Origin: Paraspadella gotoi
Taxonomy: Eukaryota > Animalia > Chaetognatha
Length of the DNA stretch: 64,000 nucleotides
NCBI GenBank assembly: GCA_051294375.1
Contig: CM119263.1
Coordinates: 28,041,790-28,105,789 of the forward strand
Reading direction: 5' to 3'
Below the pieces are notes generated by a model that saw only the letters and a list, made by a program, of their open reading frames with translations, made no database searches and had not been told where the DNA came from. Shown in pieces: positions 11,301-24,300 of this stretch. The stretch's first letter is position 1; each line of letters starts with the position of its first letter. The position numbers and the translations under genes are program-made.

Positions 11301-14300
11301 ATATGACCCGGACATTGGCTGAACCGGAATGAAATCGTCGAACGGCCTCCATCGGCGAAAGGAACTCCCCCGTGGAGTCGATGACATGTGAAAACAAAGA
11401 TTCAGTCGAAGGGACAAACTAGGGAATGAGAAATGTATTCGAAAAAAATACGACCGATTTATCATGCACGGTGCTTGCTCACTTGATTAATGTACTAAAC
11501 ACGCCGAGGCACATCCACACAAATCTTTTTTCTTTCAAGTAACTTAACTACACATTTACAAAGATAAGAAAAGCTTTAACAGAATTTTCCATTTAAATAT
11601 ACCAACTTCCTATAAGACCTTTCCTGTCCTGATTTTCAAAAGTAAAACACATGTTAGAATTTTTTTTGGTAATGTGAAAAAAACCTCGGCCAAAGCCTAG
11701 GAGGAAAGACGATTCCTCTTCTCTCCCCCCGATCCCGCCCGTATGAGTTCCACCGATCTCGAGGTCTTGTGCCAGTTCATGCTGAGGCCACCCGAAACGT
11801 CGATCTTCTTCCTCTTCGCTAGAATTTTAAACCTAATCTCGAACTTGGACCTTTTAGATATTAGATTAGTTGGTCAACCATTTTAAACTAAAATGTTTAA
11901 CCCTCATTCCCATTTTCTTGATAATATTCTTATAACTTTTATTACCCTCATAACTTACCCCATTATTATTGTTTTTATTATTTATTATTCATATTATTAT
12001 TATCTATTATTATATTATTATATTCATTATTATTTTATTATTATTCATTATTTTTCATTACATTATTACTCCTCACCCTTCCTCCCCCTTCCCTTCCCCT
12101 TCGCCCTCCCCACATTATTCCTTTTATCTATTATCATTACTTCCATTCATCTAATCATATTATTATTATTTTTTTATCTATTTTTATTATTATTATTATT
12201 ATATTCATTCTATACGTTATTCATTAGTTTTTAGTTAACTTTATATACTTAGAGCATTCGTTCAGACAATATCAAGATCGACAACGAACGCCCGGCGTGT
12301 AAACCTATCGTTATTCAAAAAGTATATAATAAGGAACGTCAAATAATGAATATAAATAATTAAAAAATTGATATCAAGGTTAAAAAAAATCTCAAAAAAC
12401 CTCGTGGATCGTTTTCTTCCTTCCTCCACTTTTTGCTGGAAAAGCCAAAAAGTTATGGAAAATCGTTGCATTATTTTTATGTCGGCTGAGAATTAGTTAT
12501 TTTAATTTTTTTTTTTCTCTGATCAACCGCGATACACCGCTTGCTCCGTCTGCTGTGCGCCGACCGGCTCTCTTAATCACACTGCACCAACGAAACACCC
12601 AGTTAGTTAACTTGGCATAATTTCAAAGGGCAACCGTAAAAAACCGTGATATTCAAAAAGCTAACATCTGTCCGCCTCCCTTCCCCCCCTATGTTAAAAG
12701 AAAACATAATCATTCTAATCTTATCTGTTCCATTCTCAAACTGGTGTTAACAGCGAACTATCACCGCACACCAGGAATAATCAATCTCAATGACTCTTAA
12801 AATTAGGAATCGTGATTAAGGATAATTCACACGATAGACTATAATAATAAATAGATAAATACTTACTACCCAACAACACCTCTACTATATTAAATATCAA
12901 CCTTCTATCTATCTTTCTTCTCTACTTTCAATTAATTAATAATATTTACTTTAAGAATAATTAAGCAAAAGGGTCACTTACCATCCATAACTCCCACAAA
13001 ATAAATGCAACACTATATTACCTGCTTTGGTTTACTGGCCGAAACTTGCTTCTTTTCCGCATCCCCATGACCCTTCTTTCTGCTATATCTCTGCACCTCC
13101 ATATCAATTATTATCAATCTTTTCACTATTGCAGTCGCTCGCACTCCTCTTAACCTAATAGAGTATGGACAACAATACCATGTCAATGAGCTTCTCTGCA
13201 TCATTTATGCGAAAATTTTTTAAAGAAATCTTCCTAACAAATAGCAGGAAATCTTTCCGCCAAGCTTCCCGGCGCCTCCCAGAAAGAAATAATAATCCAC
13301 TTTTTCCATCCACAGCACACCACTGCGACCCGACCCCGATTGTGTCCTTAGTCCGCCCCATGACTCGGCGCCCCGGCGTATATTTCCGCCCCGTCGCCCG
13401 GCGTTGTTTTCGCACTCGTTGGCGGCGGTCCGGCGCCTCTGAACATGCACACACCAACCGGACCGGAATCTCGATATCCGTCTCGAGTGTTGCGGTTATT
13501 TCATTAGGAGAGGAACAACCAGGGTGATAACTTGACTTTATTTGAGCAATATTGAGTTTTTATTACGCGTGAGAATTTATGATGCATGAAAGTTTTCTTG
13601 TACGAGCAATTGGAGGCCGGGTGAATGATTATGGAGCTATCGCCTAATAATCAGTATTAAACTATCCTATTGTAAAATTAAAAATGAATTCAAATACAAA
13701 TACAACGCCAGATCTATGCCTTTTCCTTCCTTGCCGCAAATCTTTCCTCCTTTTGTTTCTCGCTTTTCCCCTTTTTCCGTCGAATACCCTGCCAGCGCCA
13801 GCGGAGGTCACTTTCATCTCTCTCGCGGGCGGAGAAAGCGCGTCGGGCAGAGGAATGGAGAGAGCAAAAGTCACCGGCGTGAGGCAAGAGGCTCCTTTTA
13901 AAGGGACTCGATTCCCCTTGGCGTCTTATGATTGTCTCGCGTTTTCGAATTCTTATTCTATTTTCTTTCTATTCACTTCCTTTTTCATCCTTTCCTTTTT
14001 TTTTCTCCTCTCCTCCCATTTCCTTTTTCCTCCCTTTTTTTGTCCTCCTCTTGCCGAAATGCCTCCAGTCGTCGGAAGGACTTTGCCTCCTTCGGGCTTC
14101 GACTTTCGAGGACTCTCTCCCTCCTCCTCTTCCTTTCTTTCTCCTCCTCCTCTTCCCTTCCTAGCTCCTTTTCCTCGTCCCTCCTTCCTTCCCGGCTTCG
14201 GACTCTTCGCGAAAGATTCTGACAAGGATACGACGTTTTCGTGTTCTGGTCTCTGTCTCTGTGGCTCTCTCTCTCTCTCTTTCTCCCTCTCTCGCTCTTG

Positions 14301-15494
14301 TCTTCTCTCTCTCTCTCATTCTTTTTTTCTTCTCTTCCCGCTGCATTCTTATCATATCCTCTCTTTTTTCTCTCGGACTCGGGACTTCCTCTCTCTCGCT
14401 CTTCGCTCTCTCCTCTCTCAGTTTCTCTCTCTCTCCTCTCCCTTGTTTTCCGATGGATCGTGTGGAATGCGGACAGAGGGACGAAAATAAGAAAGTCTCG
14501 CTCTCTTTTGCTTCGGACTCCGTAGCAGAAAAAATAAAGCCAAAGGAAAAAAATAGAGCCAAATAAAATAAAGCAAAAATAGCAATCGAAGAAAAACGCA
14601 TTGCTTTCTAACTTGTTTGTCCGAAAAAGGAATAACAGAAAACAAACAGAAAAAAAACAAAGGAGCGTCGGGTTCAGATGCCCTTTGTGAGGCGAGATGC
14701 GCGCGCCGTCTGCTTCCGTCGAGCCAATCCACGCCCCCCCTTCGCGCCATGACCGCCCTTCAACGCCCACGCGCCAGACTCACTTGGCGCGAACTGTGCT
14801 TTCCGTCCTCTCGTCGTCCTATCTATCTGGGTTTGTACTCTCTTTTTAGGGTTGTTCATCTTTATTGTGTTTGTACTCTCTTTTCTAGGCGTTTGTATCC
14901 CTATTGGTTTTTTACGCTCTTTTCTAGGGTTTTGCCGTTCTTTTTTAGTTTTGCACTCTTTCTTTTGTAGGGTTTCTGTCCTACTCCTATTCTGGTTTGT
15001 AGTCTTTTTCGAATTTAGCGCATATTCTTTTTCAGTTTTTCTCTCTTTATAGGGTGTGACTTCTCTTCTGGTCATATTCTATTAATTAAAAGCTTACTTC
15101 TACTGTTTCTAGTTTGTTCCTATTTTTTTAAATCAACTCTCTATTAGATTTTGTCCACTCTTCTGCATAAACTCTCTTTGTCACGTTGATGCTATTTTCA
15201 TTTTTTCAGTTTGTCCCTCTGCAAAACTATTTTCTTTTCTACTTGCGCGATTGGTTTGTTTTTTGTTTTGTTTTTTTGAAAATTGTTGCTACTTCTTGAA
15301 ATAAAGATTTAAGTTTACGGCAGCTTTAATCTGTTCTCGCTTCATTTTCAATTTGTTTTCTCATAGTCGAATTGTCTTTCTCTCGTACTTGATCGCTGCG
15401 TTTGCGCCTGCCAATGACGTCACGGCCGAGGGAACAAGTTTTTTTTCCTCGTCTCCCCGTTCAGTCTCTCTTCTGTCCCTCTCTCCCTCTCTGG

Positions 15495-15525
<31 letters not shown>

Positions 15526-17575
15526 CTCTCTCATCTCTCTCTCTCTTTTACTTTCTCTTTCGCTGTATATCTCAGTTTATTTCGCTCTCTCTCTCTCTCT
15601 TCTCTCTTCTCTCTCTTCCTCTCTCTCTCTCTCTCGCATATTTTAGCCTTTGACTGTTCCCGACCAAAAGAATGGGATGATTTAACCCCCGCAGGAGAGT
15701 AAGAGGAACAGAGTCACAGAGCACATGACAAGAGACAGACAAGAATAAAAGCGGAGAATTTCAGTCGGGATTCGATTCAGGTCCCGATCAAGGTCACATG
15801 ACTTTTTTTCGCCATTTCTCCTCATGTCCCGCGCTTAAAGGGTTTTTTTTCTGGGAGGGAGACTCTCTCTCTCTCTCTCTCGATTTCTCTCTCTCTCTCT
15901 CTCCTCTCTAATCTCAGACAGAGCTCAGATTGCTTATATCTCCAATATCATGCACACTCGGCAGCTTTGCTTTTTTTTTTTTCAGGCTTCGCGTGCCTTA
16001 CCTTGCCACTAAGCCATGGCTTGTCTAGTTTTACAAGCTTGATCGAGAGCGCGCCTTTACAGGTTGAATGTACTCTTTGCGCTTCACAAACTGGTCATAT
16101 ATGACAACAAAATTTAAATAATAAATTTGGGATTGAGTAATGATTAAGTTTTAAAACCTTTAAAATCCAACAATAAGTTTTAATAAATCACATTATTTCA
16201 TAAAATTATTAATGTTCTTTGTTTTTACTATTTGTTTGTCATCTTTTAGAAACGTGTTGTAATCGTTACAATATTAAGGGGACAAGTGAACAGGGGGTAA
16301 AAAGCTGAAAACATACGAACGTTTTGACCTTTAAACTTAGCTCGGTTCTGATCATATACATTTTTTCTTCGTATAATCATTTGGGAAAGTAGTTTAAAAA
16401 ACATTCGATTAAAAATCAGCGAGCTTAATTTTCTTTAAAAAAATCGGTAAAGAAAAGAAACGTTTTTAAGTTTAAAAATTTTTTAGTTCCCAGAAAAGCG
16501 GGTAGATCCAGAATTTAAACAGTTTTTAGCTTTTGATCACAAAAATTTCATAAGACAAATAAACTAGGAATGAATCAAAAATTTAAGGTATCGACTGATT
16601 TTATTTTAAAACTTTACTTTTCAAATGCATTCTGTTTAATGGCATGAAAATAAAACTCTTGAAGTAATATAATATAAAAGCAAGAGAAAGATTCTGTAAC
16701 TTTCTCTCGCTATATTTAATTGTTATAGTTAGGAACTCAATTATAGTTTAATTATACACTCTAAGGATGAATATGATATTAATGAATAATTATTACAGTT
16801 TTTGTTTCTGTTAAGAATAGAAATTTAGGTTTGATTGTCCATGCCTTTTAAGTTTAATAATAAAAAATATAAAAATATTAATCTTTGTAAAGCCTTTGTT
16901 CAATACAGGCTTAAACCTAAATTATAGCCTTGTACAGTTAAAAAATAAAAAACAATTGGAATTTTAGTAAAAAAATTACTTTCTAACTGCAAAAATAAAA
17001 TAATGGATTTATATAAAATTATTTAGTAGGGTAACTAAATTTTTTTTTCTTATTATTAATTTTTACTGTCTTCCGGCTACTCTATAAGAGAGTGTGGAAT
17101 TTTTGGCCACTTCCACTTGCAAGAAAAATGAGTGACTCGTATCACCATTTCAAATTTCCTTTGGTCTAGACCCCATTAAACGTGTGTGTGTCATTTTTAT
17201 CACTGGGTCCCAACTCTTTCGTCAGTAATATATTGAATTTTTTTTTCTGGGCTGACAAAGTTGCCTAACGGAAAAGAGGCGAAGATGATTAAACAAAAAG
17301 GCAATGTTTTTCCGAAAAGCACCCATTTAGCCTAAATCGTCCAGAATTAAAGTGAGCTCTTTTGGTTAGTGTCATCAGTGTACTTTAAACTTACGCTCTT
17401 AGGAATAAAGTTAAGGATTCAAGTTTGGGATTAGGTACTCGGTGAACTCTGTTATCAGAAAAAGATTACGCTTATAGTCATTAAGTTAAAATTAAGTTCA
17501 GTATTTAGGAACAGAAATGGAGCGCTTTACGGATAATAGTTTTCAAATAAAATTGGGGAACAGGAACGAGCGAAA
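8340..17575 (+). repeat. Direct duplicate of ~430-8308, indel-rich; probable uncorrected long-read gap fill or alternative haplotype
   Basis: Collinear along its whole length: 441 atcaatcaccgaaat = 8361; 4930 accggaatctcgata = 13462; 7400 agtcgggattcgattcag = 15763; 8281 aaataaaattggg = 17545. It starts right after an N gap, has 1-2 nt indels every few bases and C-rich noise bursts (about 10800-10970). Confidence 0.9.
16274..17211 (+). mobile_element. ~0.94-kb non-coding insertion with TTAA-GGG(G)ACA terminus; Kolobok-like non-autonomous DNA transposon candidate
   Basis: Present only in the second copy; the first copy reads ..aatagttaag|aatcc at about 7907. It begins ttaaggggacaagtgaa and has a degenerate inverted end tcactgggtccc (17200-17211). 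A related terminus occurs inverted at 21876-21890 (ttcattgtcccttaa). Confidence 0.45.
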
Positions 17576-17661
17576 GTAACCCCCCCCGTTAATGTCTCAC
17601 TCCTCACTTTACTTTTCGATCCTTATACTCACCTTACCCAACTCTCTCACTTTAACTACAG

Positions 17662-17923
17662 CCGCCTCCAGCTCCAGCGACGACGATGGGTTGAACTTAC
17701 TCCATATATGAACCCAAAGGCCCGCGCGACTACCTGGGCGAGCCACTTCCCCCATGCAACGTCGTACAACAACAAACTCCAGAGTCCGATTCCGTCATCA
17801 GCCGACAGAGCGTTTACGGATACGACCTCACGGAGCCGGGCTGAGGGTGTTTTCTTCAAAACGAGACGCCCAATTGGAGGAAGCAAACGCCCTTCAAGTC
17901 TGAAGAACACGTGCGCAATAAAC
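17662..17923 (+). CDS. Alpha-carbonic anhydrase-like gene, N-terminal domain exon (frameshifted by apparent read errors)
   Basis: Acceptor ttaactacag|17662 and donor aac|gtgagt at 17924. Across frames it reads ..SSSDDDG.(W)TYSIYEPKGP..TWASHFP..C..NNKLQSPIP..LKNT.., matching the alpha-CA N-terminal W-x-Y / GP-xx-W / FP-x-C / QSPI motifs. It adjoins the indel-rich duplicated segment, so the frameshifts are probably errors. Confidence 0.75.
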
Positions 17924-18544
17924 GTGAGTGGAAAGGTTGGGAGGGAGGGGACATGAGAAGCGACTTTAAATATTGCCCAGACCATTTAGGGTACTCAAGC
18001 TGTACTTAAGAATACATATAGTACACACATATAAGATACGACAGTAGAGAAAATGGAGGTGTAAGAAAACAGTATTGGAAACTCGTAATTCCGAGAAGGA
18101 GATAAATAAACACTCGAGAACAGAGTGAGCCATTGCCAATTGGCATTGGGGCCCAAGATTTGTGTTGGCTGTGAAAAAATTATCCTTTAAAAAGTTGGTT
18201 CCGCGGAGTCGCCGTCGATTTCATTCTAGAGTTTTCGATTCCTCTGCGATGGTAGAACTGAAGTAGCAAAAACATCTTAGTTTTCTATAATTCCGTTGCA
18301 TTAGCATGTTGAGGGGGCACAGAAGATACGGATAGTCTTCAGCGCCTTATTCACATGCTTATCGACTACATACAACATACAACTAGATACAAGTTTACTG
18401 AACCAATGCCAAAATTCCTAACTGATCAGGCATACATTCGGTGACGATCTCAATTGGTCCTTTAAAGCTCTCGTCATCCTGGAAAGATGACTATATTTAT
18501 AATGCTATGTTCTAATTTTTCCCCTTCTTCCCTCTTTCTCTCAG

Positions 18545-18720
18545 TGGTGCTGACGGTCGGTGGCGATAACTTCGTCTCCGGCGGCGGGCTGCTTCAGTTC
18601 GACGGCGCTGACCTGCGATTCCGCGTCGCTGAAGTTCACTTCCACTTCTCCGTCCGCGACGGATCCTCGGTCGAACATCACCTCGACGACTTTGAAGGCT
18701 CAACGCCCTTCGAGGCTCAG
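18545..18720 (+). CDS. Alpha-carbonic anhydrase-like gene, exon with the zinc-ligand region
   Basis: Polypyrimidine tract + cag|18545; donor cag|gttggg at 18721. Translation (L)VLTVGGDNFVSGGGLLQFDGADLRFRVAEVHFHFSVRDGSSVEHHLDDFEGSTPFEAQ contains HFH (His94/His96 equivalents, 18637-18645), S-x-EH (Glu106) and EAQ in place of ELH. Confidence 0.92.
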
Positions 18721-18902
18721 GTTGGGGAGTGGTTTGGGAGATTGCAGCGGCGGGAAAGCGGGTGAGGTCGGCGGGGGTGCTGATTTACGAGGGAGTTTAT
18801 TAGTAGTTTCTTACATATTCAAGGTTGGTTAAGATTCAGTTATGGTTAAGTTAAGTTTAGTTCAGTTAAGTTTAGTTAAGCCAATTGAACCTTAACTTAA
18901 GG

Positions 18903-18903
18903 T

Positions 18904-19002
<99 letters not shown>

Positions 19003-19003
19003 C
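18903..19003. repeat. (TTTC)n microsatellite in CA-like intron
   Basis: Direct reading. Confidence 0.95.
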
Positions 19004-19104
19004 TCCTTCTTCCTTTCTTTCTATCGTTTCTTTTTTTCTCAATCAATAATCCAATGAATAACTGACTTTGCTGAATGCTTTAATCGCTGTTGCATAACAG
19101 TGCA

Positions 19105-19273
<169 letters not shown>

Positions 19274-19295
19274 ATTGCTTTTTTTCACTCGCCAG

Positions 19296-19391
19296 GTCTA
19301 CACCTTCGACCATAATAAACACGCGAGTCTTCAGGCGGCCTTGACCGGCGATGGGACCAAGCGTGTCATGGGCATCGCCATTCCATTCAGG
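19296..19391 (+). CDS. Alpha-carbonic anhydrase-like gene, internal exon
   Basis: Acceptor tttttcactcgccag|, donor agg|gtgaga, 96 nt, phase 0-0. Reads VYTFDHNKHASLQAALTGDGTKRVMGIAIPFR, matching the CA segment LVHxN..KY..A..DG.AV.GI. Confidence 0.88.
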
Positions 19392-19769
19392 GTGAGAGAA
19401 GAGGACAAGACATTGTTTGTAATTTATTAATTAGGTTATGTTTTAAAAATCCATGCTAAATGAAGCTGGAATAGTCAGTCAAATAATTAATGGTCAATCA
19501 GGTGATTTTTTGGAATTGAATTTAAATGACCGCTTACAAGNNNNNNNNNNNNNNNNNNNNNNNNNNNNNNNNNNNNNNNNNNNNNNNNNNNNNNNNNNNN
19601 NNNNNNNNNNNNNNNNNNNNNNNNNNNNNNNNNNNNNNNNNNNNNNNNNNNNNNNNNNNNNNNNNNNNNNNNNNNNNNNNNNNNNNNNNNNNNNNNNNNN
19701 NNNNNNNNNNNNNNNNNNNNNNNNNNNNNNNNNNNNNNNNNNNNNNNNTCCAATCCCTCTCTCTCCCAG

Positions 19770-19994
19770 TCTGCCCTGGCTCGCAACGTTCGCCTGGAAC
19801 CGGTCGTCGAGCGCCTCCAGTCCGTCCGTTTCCGCGGGAAAGAGACGGAGGTGCCCGCCTTTGACCTGAACGATCTCCTGCCGAAGAAGAGGACGGAATT
19901 CTTCGTCTACGACGGATCGATGCCCTTCCCTCCTTGCGAGGACGGGGTCAAGTGGACCGTCCTGGCCAATCCCAATTACGTGGGAAGGAATCAG
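19770..19994 (+). CDS. Alpha-carbonic anhydrase-like gene, exon with the GS..PPC..V.W.V motif
   Basis: Acceptor ctctctcccag|, donor cag|gtagaa, 225 nt, phase 0-0. Reads SALARNVRLEPVVERLQSVRFRGKETEVPAFDLNDLLPKKRTEFFVYDGSMPFPPCEDGVKWTVLANPNYVGRNQ, equivalent to the LLP..YxGSLTTPPCxExVxWxV signature. Not in the ORF track. Confidence 0.93.
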
Positions 19995-21126
19995 GTAGAA
20001 GGGGGATAAAGGGTGGAGCAATGTGGGGGGTGGGGAAACTAGGTAGAGGGGGGAAAGGGTCTTAAATGGGGGGGACACAGGGGGTGGAGGGTGGACGGTT
20101 GCTCAGGGGGCTGGAGGATGGCCGAATAGAGTCAGAGAGAATGGGAGATAATAGGTGACCCAGTATTCGATTGCGCTTGTACTTGTTTATCGGGAAAATG
20201 ATTTTATTGATTTATTTTATTTATTGTTTGCATTTTGATTTATACTACTTTATTATATACATTACATAGCAAATAACTCAATAAACCTATAATACAGGAA
20301 CTTCAATCTAGAGCGATACGAAAAGACAATGATCAAACTCGTAATTCTTTCACAGTATATTATTTTTATGACATTTATTAGTTAGAAAACTACTTAACGT
20401 TTATGTTGACCTAAAAAATGTTCAAATTTCCTAATAATAAATAAAAATCAGAGTGGCTCTCTTTAGCGGAGTCACTTTTCTTCATTTCTTTGTCCAAATA
20501 TTAATAGTTTTTAATAATTTAACAATTTTTATCGCTGATTGTGAAGTTATCTAATATAAAAATTAAAAAAAATTGTGATAAAAAGTTAGTTTGGTGATTT
20601 ATTATTGTAAAAAAAAGTTATCATGTAAAACCCTGATTCGTGATACATTTACTTGAGTATATTATTAATCATAAAATTGAAGCATGAAAAAAATTCTATT
20701 TTTATAAAGGGAAGATTCACTTTCAAAGTGAAACTTCTGTTTTTTCAAAAATTTACCCTCCGAGGAAAATGTTAGAATGTTAGAAACTTAGAATGTTAGA
20801 ATAGCTGGAATGGGGGAAAAAAATTTAAGTATTTTTCAATTAGTATGAAAAAATTTTATAACCTAATTGCTCTTCGTTTAGTTTATATTACAAATTTTTT
20901 TGTATCACTCCAGTTGAAGTCCCTGTAGCGGCACAAATATTATGAAACGAAAGGCATTAAAAGTTCATTATCAGATCTTGGTACGAATGAATTACAGTCA
21001 GACAAAGTGAGAAAAAAAAAATCCAAGTACTGTTTTACATCTATTGTTGGTTCGTTTGTTTATTTGTTTTAATTTTCGTATTAATTATTTTCGTTTATTC
21101 ACGCTTCACGTCAAACTCGCAAACAG

Positions 21127-21360
21127 TTGCACGAATTCCGAAGCCTCGTCCACCGAAGTACGGAGAGCACGAGCGAGGAAGGCATGGCGGGAAACTCTCG
21201 CATGACGCAGCGGCGCATGGAGCGTTACGTGATACGCTCTAACGCCATGGAGACCTTTAACGACGCCGCTGCGCTACGCTGCGGTCGCCCCGGCGTTCTG
21301 GGCGTCGTTGTCGTCGGCATTTTCACAACCTCCCGCCTCTCGTATTTCAGCTTAATGTAA
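21127..21360 (+). CDS. Alpha-carbonic anhydrase-like gene, last exon with hydrophobic C-terminal tail
   Basis: Acceptor aaacag|21127. Reads LHEFRSLV..EEGMAGNSRMTQRRMERYVIRSN (= QLxxFRxL..MxxNxRPxQPLxxRxV), then ..GVLGVVVVGIFTTSRLSYFSLM-stop. AATAAA at 21440-21445. Confidence 0.88.
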   Translation: MHEFRSLVHRSTESTSEEGMAGNSRMTQRRMERYVIRSNAMETFNDAAALRCGRPGVLGVVVVGIFTTSRLSYFSLM

Positions 21361-24300
21361 CACATTTCGTTGTAGGGTATTAATATTTATTTCTTTTTAG
21401 TCGTCGATTTTTATTTTGTAAATAGCCGTTAATTTTGAAAATAAACTAACAGCCTTTTTTTCTTTGGTTTTCTGATGGTTTAAAATAAAATAGTTCTTGT
21501 AGCAGGTAAGAGACAATTTACATATCCTTGTGTAATTTGTTTAAGCGAAATATGTAAAAATATTCAAAAAATTGATTGCGTTACAGCAAATAAGTATTTT
21601 TACTGGATACAAGCGTAGTCTTTTTATACTAACTTTGGATTATATATAGGTTTGTACGTGTAAATGGAATTTGCTTTCAAAGAAAAAAAAATATTTGTCA
21701 ATAACTACTAAATAGGTTTTACTCCTACGTTGAATAGCACTCAGGAAATGAGGCGACAACATTTCTGTACGAAATTTTTGTGTATGCATAATTGCTGCAA
21801 TCTTAGGCGTATGTTACATTACATTACATATTACCACTGGCAATTAGCATTGTTGAAAAGTTGTTTTTTTTAAATTTCATTGTCCCTTAATTTTAACGAA
21901 AGGTTTTCGAAATGGTATTAGTTAGACCCTATTTTTTTGGAGTGTTCGGGCGGATCAGCATTGCTTAGAGTTGGGTTAAGGCCCTTTACCTGAGGCCTTT
22001 CGGGGCCTTTTTGCGCCCTATTATTTTACGTTTTACCCTCTACTTTTTGGACGCCCTAGAAGAGTAAGATTTATCATAAATAAAACAATACCTTAATCGA
22101 ACTTTTATGTCATTAACCAAAAACAACTTTTTTAAAAATGTTTTCATTCATCTTTCCCCTTTTGACAACTATCCACAACCCCGGGCGTTTGTAACCCCAA
22201 TATGCTGATCTGTCCCAGCCCCCATCTCCCCGGAACTCCCTCGCCCACCCCCGGGCGGTCAATCTGGACGGGGAGTTCCCTCCCCAGTCAATCCGCGCGC
22301 AGGTTCTGCTCATTTCTCAGTCGCCTTTCCAAGGCCTCTCCACTGCCATCAGTGCTTAAACGTAACATGCTTTTCCGTTATCTCCTCGGGCGTCTTCCTC
22401 GCCTTTTGTTTCAATATTGCTCTCCAGATGGCGTCGGCTGCCAAATTCCATTCTGCTGACGCTTGACATTTCGACGGGAAAAATGTCGAGGGCGTTTTCC
22501 TCTTAACTTGGAGCGCCAGCTTTATTGTTTTATTGTTTTTTGAAAATGGAGGTTTTTTTTTTTTAAATGGAGCGATTTGACATTAAAACAATATCCTCTC
22601 TTTTTTCTTCCAAGTTTCTCCTCTCCATGTTAGAATTTAAATTTTAAAATCCCCCTGTTTTCAAAGTTAAATTAACACAAATTTTATTTCAGCTTTGGGG
22701 CCCTTGAATAATATATTTGATCATTTTTCAAACCATTTGAGTAATTTTTATTTCAATATGATAATTTTTTTAAACGTTTCGTTGTGAAAGAACTTCATTG
22801 TTGAGCATCCTCTTATTCATTCCCACTCTGTTTGTCGTCAACGTCAGAAACAAGTTGTATTTTTTCCATGCAACTTTCTTCCATGTGCCAAATATTTTTT
22901 TAAATTCTTTTTTTTTCATATTTAAGGAATTTATTAAGCTTATAATATCGAAATACTACTTTCTTTATGATACATGAATTTCTTTGAAACAATAAACCGA
23001 AATTCGAAAGATATGATACAATTTTTTTGCTTAGCTATTTAAAATTATTTATCATTTGAACGTAAAATCTGCACGAAATGTATATACACGCAAAAATTAC
23101 CATAACATTTATGTATGACAATCGGGAGCCTCTAGTTTTAATTTCTATGTTTAAAATGATTTTTATCATAATAATATTAAAAAGATCGTAATAAAAAATT
23201 AATCACGCTCATAATGCGCATGATCAATGTAAAATGTTGTAAACTTTGCCATTATTATGTTCCCTGTAAATTATACATCGTGTAAATAAAGAGTTATCAG
23301 ATAAATCCTTCCTTGTACCTCTACAAGAGGAAAACTGGTAGTACATGCCTGTAAAATGCTTAAATGATGTTGAATACCAATGCTGACCAAAGACGTTTAA
23401 TTGGCTTTTTATTATTTGTTATGATATTATTTTGGCTTAAAACAAATGAGCATCAGTAACTGCGACAAATTAATTCGTGTCAAACTCGGAATGGATCATT
23501 TTTTAACATAATTTTATAGCCATAAAATCGTCGACTAAAATAACTATATCTAATTTTGGTGTGCTTTATTCACTATTGTAAACTCACAATTGCACTATAA
23601 CATATTAAACTTTATTTTTTGTTCCAACAAAAAAAAAGATTAACCTAAAATTCTTCCTCCTATATCTAGTTACCCATTAAGTTTTTTAGAATTTTTCGTC
23701 GTTGGCTTCGAATGGGTCGATGTACAATGTCACCAAAAGAGAAGGATTCAGCTTTGCTTAATGTCAGTTGATATGTGCTCTGCTGGCCAAAGCAAATATT
23801 GTTATGAAATATACATTTGCAACTATCAACCGTCGACTTTTTGGTTTCATGGGTAACAGTCAGAATATTAATAAAGTATACAAAAAAAGAAAAGAGCAGA
23901 AAAAAAAGAAAAAGTAAAAAAGTTAAAGATAGGTAACCTAATCCTTGTTATCAATCAGCACTGAACACTGTTCAGTGAACAGTGAACAGTGACCAGCCCA
24001 ATGATTTATATTCTTTTGCATTTTTTTGATTCTATCTTCGAATAAGAAGCTGATGATTTCAAAGGAACAGCCACGTAATAATATCCTACGTGCTTTAAAT
24101 GTAAATGTCAAAAAAATAAATAATTATTGATGAAAATAAAAAACAGAAATACAGTTTTTAACTATATCAAAAATCCCTCAAGAATAACAAGCCGGACCGA
24201 GTCTGTTCTTTTGTTTTTCAAACACAATTTTTCTAAAGCAGAGCGCTATAGCGAATAACGCAAGAACTAAATCGAGGATCCAGAAACAAAACGCAAATTT

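Noticed and set aside
21993-22012. Hairpin aggcct-ttcg-gggcct followed by a T run (intrinsic terminator-like)
   Set aside because: Eukaryotic context with no bacterial gene or Pol III unit upstream; probably chance.
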